DNA from: a virus
IMG/VR virus record: IMGVR_UViG_3300035158_000293
Location: 59,799-123,798 of that record
Length of the DNA stretch: 64,000 nt
Direction: 5' to 3' (one strand)
In this document: in pieces, positions 1 to 9,605 of the stretch
Numbering within the stretch: the stretch's first letter is position 1
Layout of the letters: each line of letters begins with the position of its first letter
The notes under the pieces: generated by a model
Told to the model about the DNA's origin: nothing
Seen by the model: only the letters and a program-made list of their open reading frames with translations
Database searches by the model: none
Made by a program: the position numbers and the translations under genes

Positions 1-3000
1 GCCGTCACCACGTCATCTTCTTGGTCGTCGGAAACGAAGAACACCTTTACGGGACCATCCACGCCTGCGGGCATGATCGCTTTGTCATACTCGACACCAG
101 CAATCACGACCCCTGCGTCGAACACTTCGTAGTTGTCGAGGTCTTCGCCATATATGAACTCGTGTTTGCCGTAAACAGGGTAATACGGCAACGCTTCTTC
201 TGTATCGTCGGCTTCTGTCACACTCTCGTTCATGCGGGCCTTGATCCAGCTCTTGAAGCGGCTGTTCTTATCCTTTGCGGACACGATCTCTATTGTGTAG
301 TCGGACTCGAGCTTTTTGATCTCTTTGAGGAGGTCCGCCTTTTCATCCCAAGTATCTCCATCTAAAGCGTGTTTCATTCTCAAAATGTCGGGCCACTCTT
401 CCGACGGTTTGTCTCGCCACTCCATGTAATTGGTTACGTCCTCAAGCTGACTGATCCCTATGAGCAATTCGGACCCTTTGGGAATCTTCAAATCCCGATC
501 TTTTATAATCCACTCGCCCTCGTTCTTGTAAACCTGTCCAATGAGCTTCAATCCCTCTGTTATTTTGCGCTCAAGCTCTTTCATAGGGACTTCGTCCAAA
601 GCATCGGCGAAGCGCTTGTAAGTGTAGTCCTCCTCACGAAGCTTTGGAATGCCGACCTTCTTCAACCACTTTGCAATATCTCGCGGTCCTCGGATTTTCT
701 TGGGCGGGTTTTTTCGGGCTACGTCCGCCAACTTGCTGTGGCCAGCTATGTGTCGATTTTCCATCACAAGTGTTTTGTATTTCGAATCACTCTTGAACGC
801 CTCTATCATGTATTCGAACACGTTGCGGTAAACCTGTGTTAAACCTATCGGGGTCTTGCTCGCGTCAAACAAACGGTAGAGCGCGTCACAATTCTTGGCG
901 GTGAGATACATGGGGTTATCGTACATAACGCGGCTAACGGCGTTCTCTTCAACAAACGCACGCCCCGGCATCTTCAACGCGGCTGACTTGTTGAACAAGT
1001 ATTGGATGTCCTCGGAGCTACTGACACCCGCAGCGCCTTCGAGCCGTCTCTTTTTCAATGACTCAAGGTGAGACGGCTTGTACACGTCGAACGACAGGTA
1101 GAAAAATTCCGGTATGTCCGCGTCGGTGTAAGACGCCTCGACCAATGGCCGACCTGCAAACGTGGCCGTGTGCTCGTTTGTATCACCGTTAGGTAAACCC
1201 TTCATGTTCGTCTCTCCCAATTTATTGGTGCCACTCTCCAAAAGACCACGCTCTTTCAGTTTGTTGTAAGCCTCGTCCCCCAGCTTGTTTGCGATACTGT
1301 ACGGCATGTTCTTGAACACGTCGTTAATTATGTAGCCGGGTTCGGCTGCACCCCGCGAACGTCGGAAGAATGGGAGAAGCTGATCCAGTATGCCGTCTAC
1401 TGTGTGCCACTTATTACTGCTGGGTTTTTCTTTTTTGATCCGCTTGGCAAGCTCGGCAAGTGTGGCCTTGCGTACTTCCTGCGGCTCAAAGAACTGGTAG
1501 TCGAGAAGGCCCGTACCGGAACCCTCGCCGTACTCCTCTATGAACTCCTCACGAGTCATAGGTACAAACTGTCCGTAACGCTCACCTCTGACGTAAACCT
1601 TCGTGATCTGACGAGGTGACACCCGCCCAATGAACAACGCTTGAGGCTCCTGACCCTTGTCCAGTAGTCCGAACGAAACACTCGGTCGGAAAGACTTGGG
1701 GTACGACTTCCTCCAAAGATCGTCCTCGCGTTCCTGTTCTGCCGGGTTTTGACTGAACAGGTCTTTACCCTGCACCGTGAACCGCAGGATAACGGGTCCG
1801 AACTTTTCGGCTGTTTTGTAGTCCGGCGCGACAAACAACCCACGGTCAAGCCGCTTGCCTCCTGAATAGTGCGGGTAAAGACGGTGTGTTGGCTTGGTGG
1901 CGTCGACGCCTTTGCGGACAAACTCCAAGGCGGTTTTTTGGTCTGTGCCGTGGAACAGTTGGAGTTTGGTGTTGGGCCGTAGCCGTGCGATGCTTCCGCG
2001 CTTGCCTTCATGGAGAGCTTCGGATTCCTCCATCCGCTCCCGCGTTCCAACGCCCTCATTCACCAGCCGTAGTTCGCCATGAGGCACGTCAAACGGGTTG
2101 TCGTAACCTTTGTCAACCGTTCGGAACCAAACACGCCTGTCAGAGCCTTCGGCAAACCGTTTGATAGCCGCATCTGTCTTTGCCACGGCCACTACCTTGT
2201 CACCTTCCCTGACGTTGTACAGGTATTTGCCACGGTGTGTCTGCGTAATAATGTAATCACCGGGTGCGGGTGACGACCACCCTTGTGTACTCTCAATTTT
2301 GAGGTTCCTCTGCGCAAGTTCCTTCATGTGTGCCTGCGTCAACTTTTTTCTGCGGGATCGGCGTTTGCGCGGTTTCATGCCGGGTCGCGCATGGCTCATA
2401 GGCACTACCTGCACGTCGGTGATACCGCTTTTCTTCAACCAATTCTTAACACGGGACACCATGTTCTGATCAAGCACCAGCACCTTGTCCAACCATTCAG
2501 GACGAAACTTGAAATCCCCTCCCCGCAACCATTCGTCTTCTTCCGCGTACTGTTCCATGAAAGCGTCGAGCATCATACCGCGCTTGACGTCCCAAAAATC
2601 ACCGACGAGGTAGTCCTCATATTCTTCCTCTTCGAACGGCTCCCCATCTTCATCAAACACACCTCCCTGAGCAGCGGCGGACGCCAACTCGTCGGGGGTT
2701 TCAATAACCCCGCCCTCCGCGTCAAAAAACTCCTCATACGGGAAGGTATCCATAGCCATGCCGTATGCTTGCTCCGCAGCAACATCGGTCATTTCGGGAG
2801 ACTGTGCGAGGACGTATTCAACAGCCGTTGGGTTTTCGTCAAACCAGTCCTCGGTGTAGTGGACCTCTGTAAAGTGTGATTCGAGTGGTTTGCGATGGAA
2901 CGCTAAAATCACATCGTGATGTGTCCCGAACATCCCACCTTCAAGCGGATAAGTCGAAAGGCTGACGAAAGCGGGTCCGCCCATGTATGATGCGTTGGCT

Positions 3001-3104
3001 TTCAACGTCCGGGATTTGAGGATGTCCCTGAGAGCTTTGTAGTGTGTGGTGTGAAAGAAGTGCTTGGTCTGCGCTTCGAACAGAGAAATTCCGCTGTTAC
3101 CCAT
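1..3104 (-). CDS. Large polyvalent protein (>1030 aa, runs off the window edge) with two ADP-ribosyltransferase-like domains
   Basis: Absent from the ORF track because there is no stop in the window. Manual translation is open from ATG 3104 (GGAAGGA upstream) to position 1. Motifs: FFHTTHYKALRDILKSRTL..FVSLS..EEDEW and LFHGTDQKTALEFVRKGVD..RGLFVAPDYKTAEKFG. Confidence 0.7.
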   Translation of the reverse strand, partial: MGNSGISLFEAQTKHFFHTTHYKALRDILKSRTLKANASYMGGPAFVSLSTYPLEGGMFGTHHDVILAFHRKPLESHFTEVHYTEDWFDENPTAVEYVLAQSPEMTDVAAEQAYGMAMDTFPYEEFFDAEGGVIETPDELASAAAQGGVFDEDGEPFEEEEYEDYLVGDFWDVKRGMMLDAFMEQYAEEDEWLRGGDFKFRPEWLDKVLVLDQNMVSRVKNWLKKSGITDVQVVPMSHARPGMKPRKRRSRRKKLTQAHMKELAQRNLKIESTQGWSSPAPGDYIITQTHRGKYLYNVREGDKVVAVAKTDAAIKRFAEGSDRRVWFRTVDKGYDNPFDVPHGELRLVNEGVGTRERMEESEALHEGKRGSIARLRPNTKLQLFHGTDQKTALEFVRKGVDATKPTHRLYPHYSGGKRLDRGLFVAPDYKTAEKFGPVILRFTVQGKDLFSQNPAEQEREDDLWRKSYPKSFRPSVSFGLLDKGQEPQALFIGRVSPRQITKVYVRGERYGQFVPMTREEFIEEYGEGSGTGLLDYQFFEPQEVRKATLAELAKRIKKEKPSSNKWHTVDGILDQLLPFFRRSRGAAEPGYIINDVFKNMPYSIANKLGDEAYNKLKERGLLESGTNKLGETNMKGLPNGDTNEHTATFAGRPLVEASYTDADIPEFFYLSFDVYKPSHLESLKKRRLEGAAGVSSSEDIQYLFNKSAALKMPGRAFVEENAVSRVMYDNPMYLTAKNCDALYRLFDASKTPIGLTQVYRNVFEYMIEAFKSDSKYKTLVMENRHIAGHSKLADVARKNPPKKIRGPRDIAKWLKKVGIPKLREEDYTYKRFADALDEVPMKELERKITEGLKLIGQVYKNEGEWIIKDRDLKIPKGSELLIGISQLEDVTNYMEWRDKPSEEWPDILRMKHALDGDTWDEKADLLKEIKKLESDYTIEIVSAKDKNSRFKSWIKARMNESVTEADDTEEALPYYPVYGKHEFIYGEDLDNYEVFDAGVVIAGVEYDKAIMPAGVDGPVKVFFVSDDQEDDVVT

Positions 3105-3209
3105 TGTTTTGTCCTTCCGTAAAGTGCGGCGGCTTCACCGGAAGGGCCGTTCAAAAAGGACCGTTTCACGGAAGTTACGACCGCGTTCGTGGAATTCGTT
3201 TACCGGTTG

Positions 3210-6200
3210 TTATGCGAGCATGCCGTAGCCGTCACCAACCTCCAAATCACCTTCAGCCGAAACCATCATGGTTCCGCATTTGGGGCACTCCATGCCCCGC
3301 GCGGTTGACTGTTTCGGTCCTGTGGAGTAACCACAGCCCGGACACCGCATGAGCCCCACAGACATCGCAAAACCACCGCTGGAGAAACCACCCGTGCTCG
3401 CAGTTGTAGTGACTTCCTTGAGCCTTTTTGCGGTCTTGCCTGTGAAGCCGCTCTCTTGATACTTCTTGTACGCCAACTTGTCGAACTTGCCTTTCTTGGC
3501 TTCCCTCTCAAACTGATCCCGCATCATCTCTGCGGCTCTCTGACGTATCTGTGGAGTAACGTCGAGATAAGGAATGCCTACAACCTTGGAGGCACCTTTG
3601 TACGCCGCATTGGACAGAGTGAGAAACTTCTTCACCGCCTGCTCGCGGTCGTAGTCACCTTTGGCGACGTGGTTGATCATCGACCTGCAAGCTTGCTGCC
3701 ATGCGGGTTCCGCGGCCATTTGAATCGTTTTGACAATGAAGTCCGCCATCTTCTTACCATACGGCGTTTCTTCATCGCCTTCTCCTTCATCGAGGTGTTC
3801 CACGCTCTCCATGAACATGCGGACCTTGCGCTGTATCTCCGCCAACCGTGCTGTTTTGTCTAATTTGAAATTGTCGTCCTCTTCATCCTCGTCGGGGTCG
3901 TACTTAGGGCGCGTAGCCTTGATAACAGCCATTAAGTCAACCGCCTCGTTCAACGCTTCGGGAAACAACTCACGACGTCGTGCTTTGACCCGTTCTATCA
4001 TAGGCTCCCATGAACCATATCCGGGATCAAGACGCTCACCATACTGACGCAACGTGTCGGGTGTCATGTACCTTTCTTGTCCGCGCTCTTCAAAGCGTAG
4101 TAACACGCGGCAATCACTCCCGTCGCTCTCGTTTGGGCCGTTTACAAACAACAGACCGACACTCTCCAAATGCACCGACGATTCCCCGATGATTTGCATA
4201 GGCCAATTCTGCTTGACGATGGGCAAGTAAACACCCTCGCTGGTTGAAGCGTTTGCACCAAACGATACCTGATTGAACGGCACCGGCTTGTGTCGGCTAA
4301 GGTGTGCAACCTGCCTTGCGAGTTTGGTCTGTTTCGGGGTTGAGTAGTCGAACGTCTCTTGGAGATTTGACACAACGTCAAACCCTTCAACCACGTAATC
4401 TTTCGGCTTATGTGTGTAAGGGGATAAACCAACAGGCAATCCGGTGGGAGGTACGAATGCGTCAGGGTTGTTGCTCAAATACTCCTCCATGTCCTTGCGT
4501 AGTATCTTCATCAAACCCCTCTTGTCGCCATCCTTTTCAGGGTCTGTTATTTGATCGTTGAAAACCTCCATGAAACGCTGCGCCCACCAAGGGTTCTGAG
4601 GCACGGTAAAGAGTGTTTGCTTCTTGGGGTCGTTCAACGCCCGCCCTATTTCTGCAATGCTGTAATTATTCAACTGCGCAGACTCACCGAATAACTCTTG
4701 CAAATACGATAGGTAGTTTTGTACCTCTGGTTTAAGCCCTTTGAACTTCTCCACGGACTCCAAGTAGCTCTCTTTATCGGTCCGCCCTATTTCTTCAATC
4801 TTGTTACCGCCCTCGCTACTAACCTTAACCAACCAAATTTTTTCGTTCCCCTCGGCATCAACTGCGGCGTAATATGCTTTGCGGTATAATTTCCCTTTGT
4901 GTTTACCTACGCCTTCTGTTTCCTCGTACTTCTCTATGGTATCGAAGGTTAGGTTTTTCAAATCCTCAACCGTTCTACTCACACGGTCAGGAATTACAGG
5001 GCTCGACGGCGGCGCGGGAGGGGCCTCTGTAACGGTAGGCTCAGAATCCAAACCCTCACCGGTGATTTTCTTCTTAATCTTAGCATACCACTCACGAACC
5101 TGATCAAAACCTTCTTTTACATCGTTGCCATAGGTAACATACTCGGCAGCACCTTGATCTATATACCCACCGCGATCCTCAACCTCCTTCAACAAGTCTT
5201 CATTATTCCACGGATAGGTCAACGTAAGATTGAACCCTTCCTTGGACCCTGTCGATTTGGTTGCGCTGCGCTGTACTCCCTCGTCTGTAGTGTAAATCCC
5301 AAAGTAAATGCTCGCCGCGTCTAACCGACCTTGATTAACGGCGTTCAACAACTTTGTAAGGTTGACACTAATACCCGCAGGACCAACCTTTGACGTAAAT
5401 GCTTTAGGCTTTGAATCGCTGGGAGAGAGTTTCAAAGCCCCTTTAACGGTGAAGCCGCCCTCGTTTACTACCTGCTCCTTCGGGATGTTGTTCTTGACCC
5501 ACTCGCGCAGCTCAAGGATTTTAGGATCGGTGGCCGCTTCCTTGGAGTCTTTGACAAACTCCGTGTAAACCTTACCCACGGCTTTCATGGCTTCCTTGAA
5601 AGCCTTAACACTCGGCACCGCCTCTATACCCTCGGACTTGAGGTATTCCTCAACCTGCTTTTCAGTCACAACCATTACATCGCCGTCTGGAACTTCAAAG
5701 GCGAACACACGGTGTACCAAATCAAATCCGCCACCATATGTAGGTAAGTCCTCGACCTGCAAACCCGCCCACTTCAACGAGAAGTCGCGGCCTGCCTCTT
5801 CACTTTTCAAACCCATGCCTTCAACCGCATCACCAGAGATGATCTTCACGTTGACTACAGGCTTGACTATGGGAACCCCGTAATTTGAGAACTCTTGTGT
5901 TGTAGCCTGAGTCTCCCCGTACTGAGAAGCAAACTCCGCTATCTTGACTTGCTTTTCGTCCGTATAGGTATCGGCTTCTTGATCTGCCGGTTTTTCGGCT
6001 TCTGTATCTGCCATAGCGTCGTCTTGTGTAGCGCCGGGTTCCAGATCAGGCTCCCCGGTTTCTTCGGGCGTTGGAATGTCCAACTGTTGCTCTCCGGGTA
6101 CGCCTTCGACGGGCCACATGTCACCGTCCTCATACATATCGAGCAACTGATCATCCCAAACGTGGGTCAGCGTGTCCTGCCCAAGTAGATACAGCAAATA

Positions 6201-8039
6201 GAGAGGATCACCGTCAGGGTCGTTAATGACCGCGTAGATGTACGCCTTATTACCCGACGTATCGGTAACGTAATCCTTCAATTTGACCGGGCTTCCGTTC
6301 GCTTTGGCTGCCTTTGCAAAGTCGGTAGTGTGGATATTAACCATCTCAACACCGGCTTCAGCAATGTCTTGCAATTCCGGCTGTGTCGCCACGTAAGCTT
6401 CGACCTCTGTACGACGGATGTCGTCAGAAGGAACGTCAACCTCTGTCTCGGGGACCGCGGAACTGGGTAGAGAAGCCCCGACGTAATCACCCCACTCGGT
6501 GACAACTTTGTTCGTCAACTTCGACAGGCTGTGAATGTACTTTTTCAGAACGGCTTTGATGGACTTCTCGCTCGGCATGACCATCCAATCGCCAAGCTTG
6601 TCCTGCCATTTGCCGTTGGCCTGCACCGTATAGGTTGCGAAAGGTTTCCCCTGCTCCACACCGAAGCCACGAGTCTCCACCGTCATGGTGTTGTACATCT
6701 CGCCGGTAGCTCTCACAAGGAACTCAACGCGCAGATGTGGGAGCCCGACGCCCGGACCATAACCGGGGTCTTTTTGTGGTTCAACGTAAGCCACAAGCAC
6801 CGCTGTGTCGGGTTGCCCTCCGGTTTTCGTAGTGTTCGTTTTTTCCACCGCCACAATAACGGGGAAGGAACCACCCAACTTGATCGTGTCGGGAATGTTT
6901 CCAGACTGGGCAAGTCGATCAGCCACGGGCTTCAACGCCTTGCGTAACGCGGGTTTGTATCGCGCCAAGAGCTTTTCCAACTCTTTCACGGTGTACTTCT
7001 TTTTAAGCCCTTGTTTGCGACGGTGTTTCGTCTTGAAGTAGTACTTCTTGGGGAACTTCTTGGCCTTGGCTTCATACAACGCAACAAGATCAGACCTGTC
7101 GTACAGACTTTCACAAATGCGAGCCTTTGCACGAGTCAATTGCGTGCTTGACATTGAGTCAAACCGCTCCCGCAGACGCTCTATGTCTTCTGTAAGCGGT
7201 GTCCAATTCTCTGCGTCCGTAGTCACCCATCGAACCTTTTGGGCATCCTCTGCCACCACCCTGATTCGACCACCTATACGATGAAGCTGTGCTTGTTCCA
7301 AATCCACGTCGAAGAGGTGCTCCACAAGCTTGCCAGCGAGCACCTTTTCAACCACGGCCTCCTCATATTTCTTCATGGTGTCTTTCGCCAACTCCGGCTC
7401 TTTTTCTGGCTTCTTGTCTTCTTCCTCCTCTTCGCTACCTTTGTCTTTCTTTTTTGTCGCGGGTCCGGGACGTCCACCCTTGACGGGCTTGCCTTCAAGG
7501 ATAACCACATCAGACACCACCCCGTCTTCGGGAGCCACCGAACCACCATTCACCAGCATATCGAAGGTTGCGATGCTGCTCGTAGTGCTTCTCAGACGCT
7601 CAAACTCCATATCAGACCACTTGCCCTCGAAAATAGCGAGGAAGGAACTACTTCCGGGGCGTACCTGCGTCTCCACGAATTTCTCATACAGGTCACGACG
7701 CTTGGTTAAAAGAAAGGTTTCAAATTCCAGAGCGGCCATGCCGGTGTCAGAGTTGGTGTACGTGGCGTCCTTCTCTATGAATTTCTTGGCAAACTCACGA
7801 GCATCGACGCTCCCCAAAGCAACCGCTGTCTCCGTGATCAGATCAATATATGCCGCCGGATGTGCAACCGTCTCGCCCGTGATTGTAGTGGGAAGGTCAA
7901 GCCTGTCCCGCATGTCAGCGATGCGATCATAGAGAGAAACGTCGAGCTTGTCCACAAGGTCCGCCTCCAAGCGGCCTTCTTCAAGAGCTTGACGCAGACG
8001 TTTGCCTGAATACAGCGTGCATTTGGGTTGGGCCTTCAT
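3210..8039 (-). CDS. 1609-aa hypothetical protein, probably virion/internal head protein, with C-terminal Zn ribbon
   Basis: Long ORF with GGGAGG RBS, acidic linkers, many (L/I)xE motifs and C-terminal CPGC..CPKC. Confidence 0.6.
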   Translation of the reverse strand: MKAQPKCTLYSGKRLRQALEEGRLEADLVDKLDVSLYDRIADMRDRLDLPTTITGETVAHPAAYIDLITETAVALGSVDAREFAKKFIEKDATYTNSDTGMAALEFETFLLTKRRDLYEKFVETQVRPGSSSFLAIFEGKWSDMEFERLRSTTSSIATFDMLVNGGSVAPEDGVVSDVVILEGKPVKGGRPGPATKKKDKGSEEEEEDKKPEKEPELAKDTMKKYEEAVVEKVLAGKLVEHLFDVDLEQAQLHRIGGRIRVVAEDAQKVRWVTTDAENWTPLTEDIERLRERFDSMSSTQLTRAKARICESLYDRSDLVALYEAKAKKFPKKYYFKTKHRRKQGLKKKYTVKELEKLLARYKPALRKALKPVADRLAQSGNIPDTIKLGGSFPVIVAVEKTNTTKTGGQPDTAVLVAYVEPQKDPGYGPGVGLPHLRVEFLVRATGEMYNTMTVETRGFGVEQGKPFATYTVQANGKWQDKLGDWMVMPSEKSIKAVLKKYIHSLSKLTNKVVTEWGDYVGASLPSSAVPETEVDVPSDDIRRTEVEAYVATQPELQDIAEAGVEMVNIHTTDFAKAAKANGSPVKLKDYVTDTSGNKAYIYAVINDPDGDPLYLLYLLGQDTLTHVWDDQLLDMYEDGDMWPVEGVPGEQQLDIPTPEETGEPDLEPGATQDDAMADTEAEKPADQEADTYTDEKQVKIAEFASQYGETQATTQEFSNYGVPIVKPVVNVKIISGDAVEGMGLKSEEAGRDFSLKWAGLQVEDLPTYGGGFDLVHRVFAFEVPDGDVMVVTEKQVEEYLKSEGIEAVPSVKAFKEAMKAVGKVYTEFVKDSKEAATDPKILELREWVKNNIPKEQVVNEGGFTVKGALKLSPSDSKPKAFTSKVGPAGISVNLTKLLNAVNQGRLDAASIYFGIYTTDEGVQRSATKSTGSKEGFNLTLTYPWNNEDLLKEVEDRGGYIDQGAAEYVTYGNDVKEGFDQVREWYAKIKKKITGEGLDSEPTVTEAPPAPPSSPVIPDRVSRTVEDLKNLTFDTIEKYEETEGVGKHKGKLYRKAYYAAVDAEGNEKIWLVKVSSEGGNKIEEIGRTDKESYLESVEKFKGLKPEVQNYLSYLQELFGESAQLNNYSIAEIGRALNDPKKQTLFTVPQNPWWAQRFMEVFNDQITDPEKDGDKRGLMKILRKDMEEYLSNNPDAFVPPTGLPVGLSPYTHKPKDYVVEGFDVVSNLQETFDYSTPKQTKLARQVAHLSRHKPVPFNQVSFGANASTSEGVYLPIVKQNWPMQIIGESSVHLESVGLLFVNGPNESDGSDCRVLLRFEERGQERYMTPDTLRQYGERLDPGYGSWEPMIERVKARRRELFPEALNEAVDLMAVIKATRPKYDPDEDEEDDNFKLDKTARLAEIQRKVRMFMESVEHLDEGEGDEETPYGKKMADFIVKTIQMAAEPAWQQACRSMINHVAKGDYDREQAVKKFLTLSNAAYKGASKVVGIPYLDVTPQIRQRAAEMMRDQFEREAKKGKFDKLAYKKYQESGFTGKTAKRLKEVTTTASTGGFSSGGFAMSVGLMRCPGCGYSTGPKQSTARGMECPKCGTMMVSAEGDLEVGDGYGMLA

Positions 8040-8041
8040 AA

Positions 8042-8083
8042 AAAATACCTCCCACGTAAATGGTTTAGCGTAGAAGGTATTTT
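8042..8083 (-). terminator. Long hairpin after cas7 that also pairs the RBS of the 1609-aa gene
   Basis: mRNA AAAAUACCUUCUACG..CGUGGGAGGUAUUUU(UU)AUG. The stem includes GGAGG and ends in a U tract. Confidence 0.6.
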
Positions 8084-8170
8084 ACTATGTGCCGTCCCGT
8101 ATTCAACCTCTTTCGGAGCTTTCGCCGCGCCCCCTCTCCAATTCAAGCCACACTCTTCTGAGGGGAAACG

Positions 8171-9079
8171 CTAGTCCCACTCCACCTGTTCCGTCTTGTC
8201 CATGAAGGTCACGCCAGCAGGCCACTTTTCGGGGACCATTATCATGTAGTCCGTGAAAACTCGCGGGGAAAGAACATCGTCTTTCAACGCCACCTGCACG
8301 GCCTCGAACAGGTGAAACGCTTGGCAATTCCCCAAGGTGTCGGCATGCTCCCACACAAACAACCGACGTGTAGACATACGGCCTCGCCCCGCCGACCGGC
8401 TAAGGTCGAACATGTGGATGATGGCTTCCCACAGAGCATCCAAATCGGCGTAGGTAAAGCCTGTGTCTGCGGCGAGCATGGGGTTGACGAAACCTTCTGC
8501 GACGTACAAACCGTAAGGGATCGTGTACTTGGAACCCATCTCCGTCTCGCTTTTGTGCGAGTCCGTTTTCTCCTGCGTAGTGTACGCCACCCGCGTGATC
8601 ATGTGGTTTTTGATCAGAACACGGCTCACCGACCGAGCATCTGTTATCTGTACCGGCCCTGTAACTTGTCCGTTGTTGAACGCCGTAGTGCTCATTACCG
8701 CACCGAACGCCCGTACATCGAAAAAGTTTGCGCACATCCAATCCCGCGCCTGCGCAATGTCGTCCTTTGTGGCTTTCTCGGGGTCGATTTTCAAATTATC
8801 GTAGGACATCCTCTGACGACTCTCGAGAGCGTGCCCCGCCAGCACGAAGATGTCCTGCCCCTTTTCGACTTTACCGCCTTGCGAGTGCTTGTAGTAGTGA
8901 AAGTCCCGTATCTTGCGCTTCAGGCTTCCGTTGGAAACAAGCCCTTGAAATGTTTCCGGGTCCGTCCGTGGAGCGTTGTTGAAATCGGGATCACCGTTGG
9001 GGTTTCCGTCCACACAATCGAACATGATGAGAAAATCGTACCGCCGGTCAACTACCTTGTCACGTTTGGCGTCTGCCAT
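8171..9079 (-). CDS. cas7c: Type I-C Cascade backbone Cas7c (Csd2)
   Basis: RRYDF..DCVDGNPNGDPD.NNAPR.DPET..GLVS...LKRKIRD; FFDVRAFGAVM; GPVQ; EMGSKYTIPYGLY; SRSAGRG. Confidence 0.95.
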   Translation of the reverse strand: MADAKRDKVVDRRYDFLIMFDCVDGNPNGDPDFNNAPRTDPETFQGLVSNGSLKRKIRDFHYYKHSQGGKVEKGQDIFVLAGHALESRQRMSYDNLKIDPEKATKDDIAQARDWMCANFFDVRAFGAVMSTTAFNNGQVTGPVQITDARSVSRVLIKNHMITRVAYTTQEKTDSHKSETEMGSKYTIPYGLYVAEGFVNPMLAADTGFTYADLDALWEAIIHMFDLSRSAGRGRMSTRRLFVWEHADTLGNCQAFHLFEAVQVALKDDVLSPRVFTDYMIMVPEKWPAGVTFMDKTEQVEWD

Positions 9080-9133
9080 TTTGTGATCCTTTCGTTTTTT
9101 GTTTGTTTCAACCTTTTTTTTTCAACATAACCC

Positions 9134-9605
9134 GTTTTCAATCCGCGCACATGTGCGAGTGTTACTGTTGGTGCGAGTGTTGGATTTGAACCCTTCACAG
9201 TTTTCAATCCGCGCACATGTGCGAGTGTTACCTCACCCATGCGATGGGCTGTGGCAGAATGTTTTCAATCCGCGCACATGTGCGAGTGTTACCCGGTATG
9301 ATCCGTCTCTCCCTTTCAATCCGCGCACATGTGCGAGTGTTGCTGTGATAAACTATCGGTCTGATCCTGTCTTTCAATCCGCGCACATGTGCGAGTGTTA
9401 CCACCTGACCGCTTTTCCTTTTTTCAATCCGCGCACATGTGCGAGTGTTACCAATGGACGCTCATCCAGCTTGCAGTTTTTCAATCCGCGCACATGTCCA
9501 AGCGTTACTTTATTTTCAATCCGCGCACATGTACGAGTGTTGTCATGTCCTCCATGATCGGCTCAACTTTGTGTCTTTCAATCCGCGCACATGTGCGAGT
9601 GTTAC
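9134..9605 (-). CRISPR. CRISPR array with 9 type I-C-like repeats and 8 spacers of 34, 29, 19, 26, 18, 25, 3 and 30 bp
   Basis: Plus-strand consensus GTTTTCAATCCGCGCACATGTGCGAGTGTTAC (32 bp, first 2 nt variable) starts at 9134, 9200, 9261, 9312, 9370, 9420, 9477, 9512 and 9574. The reverse complement ends GGATTGAAAAC like I-C repeats. Confidence 0.95.

Noticed and set aside
9166-9573. Self-targeting of spacers within the window
   Set aside because: No match was noticed by eye. This was not an exhaustive search and needs a computed alignment.
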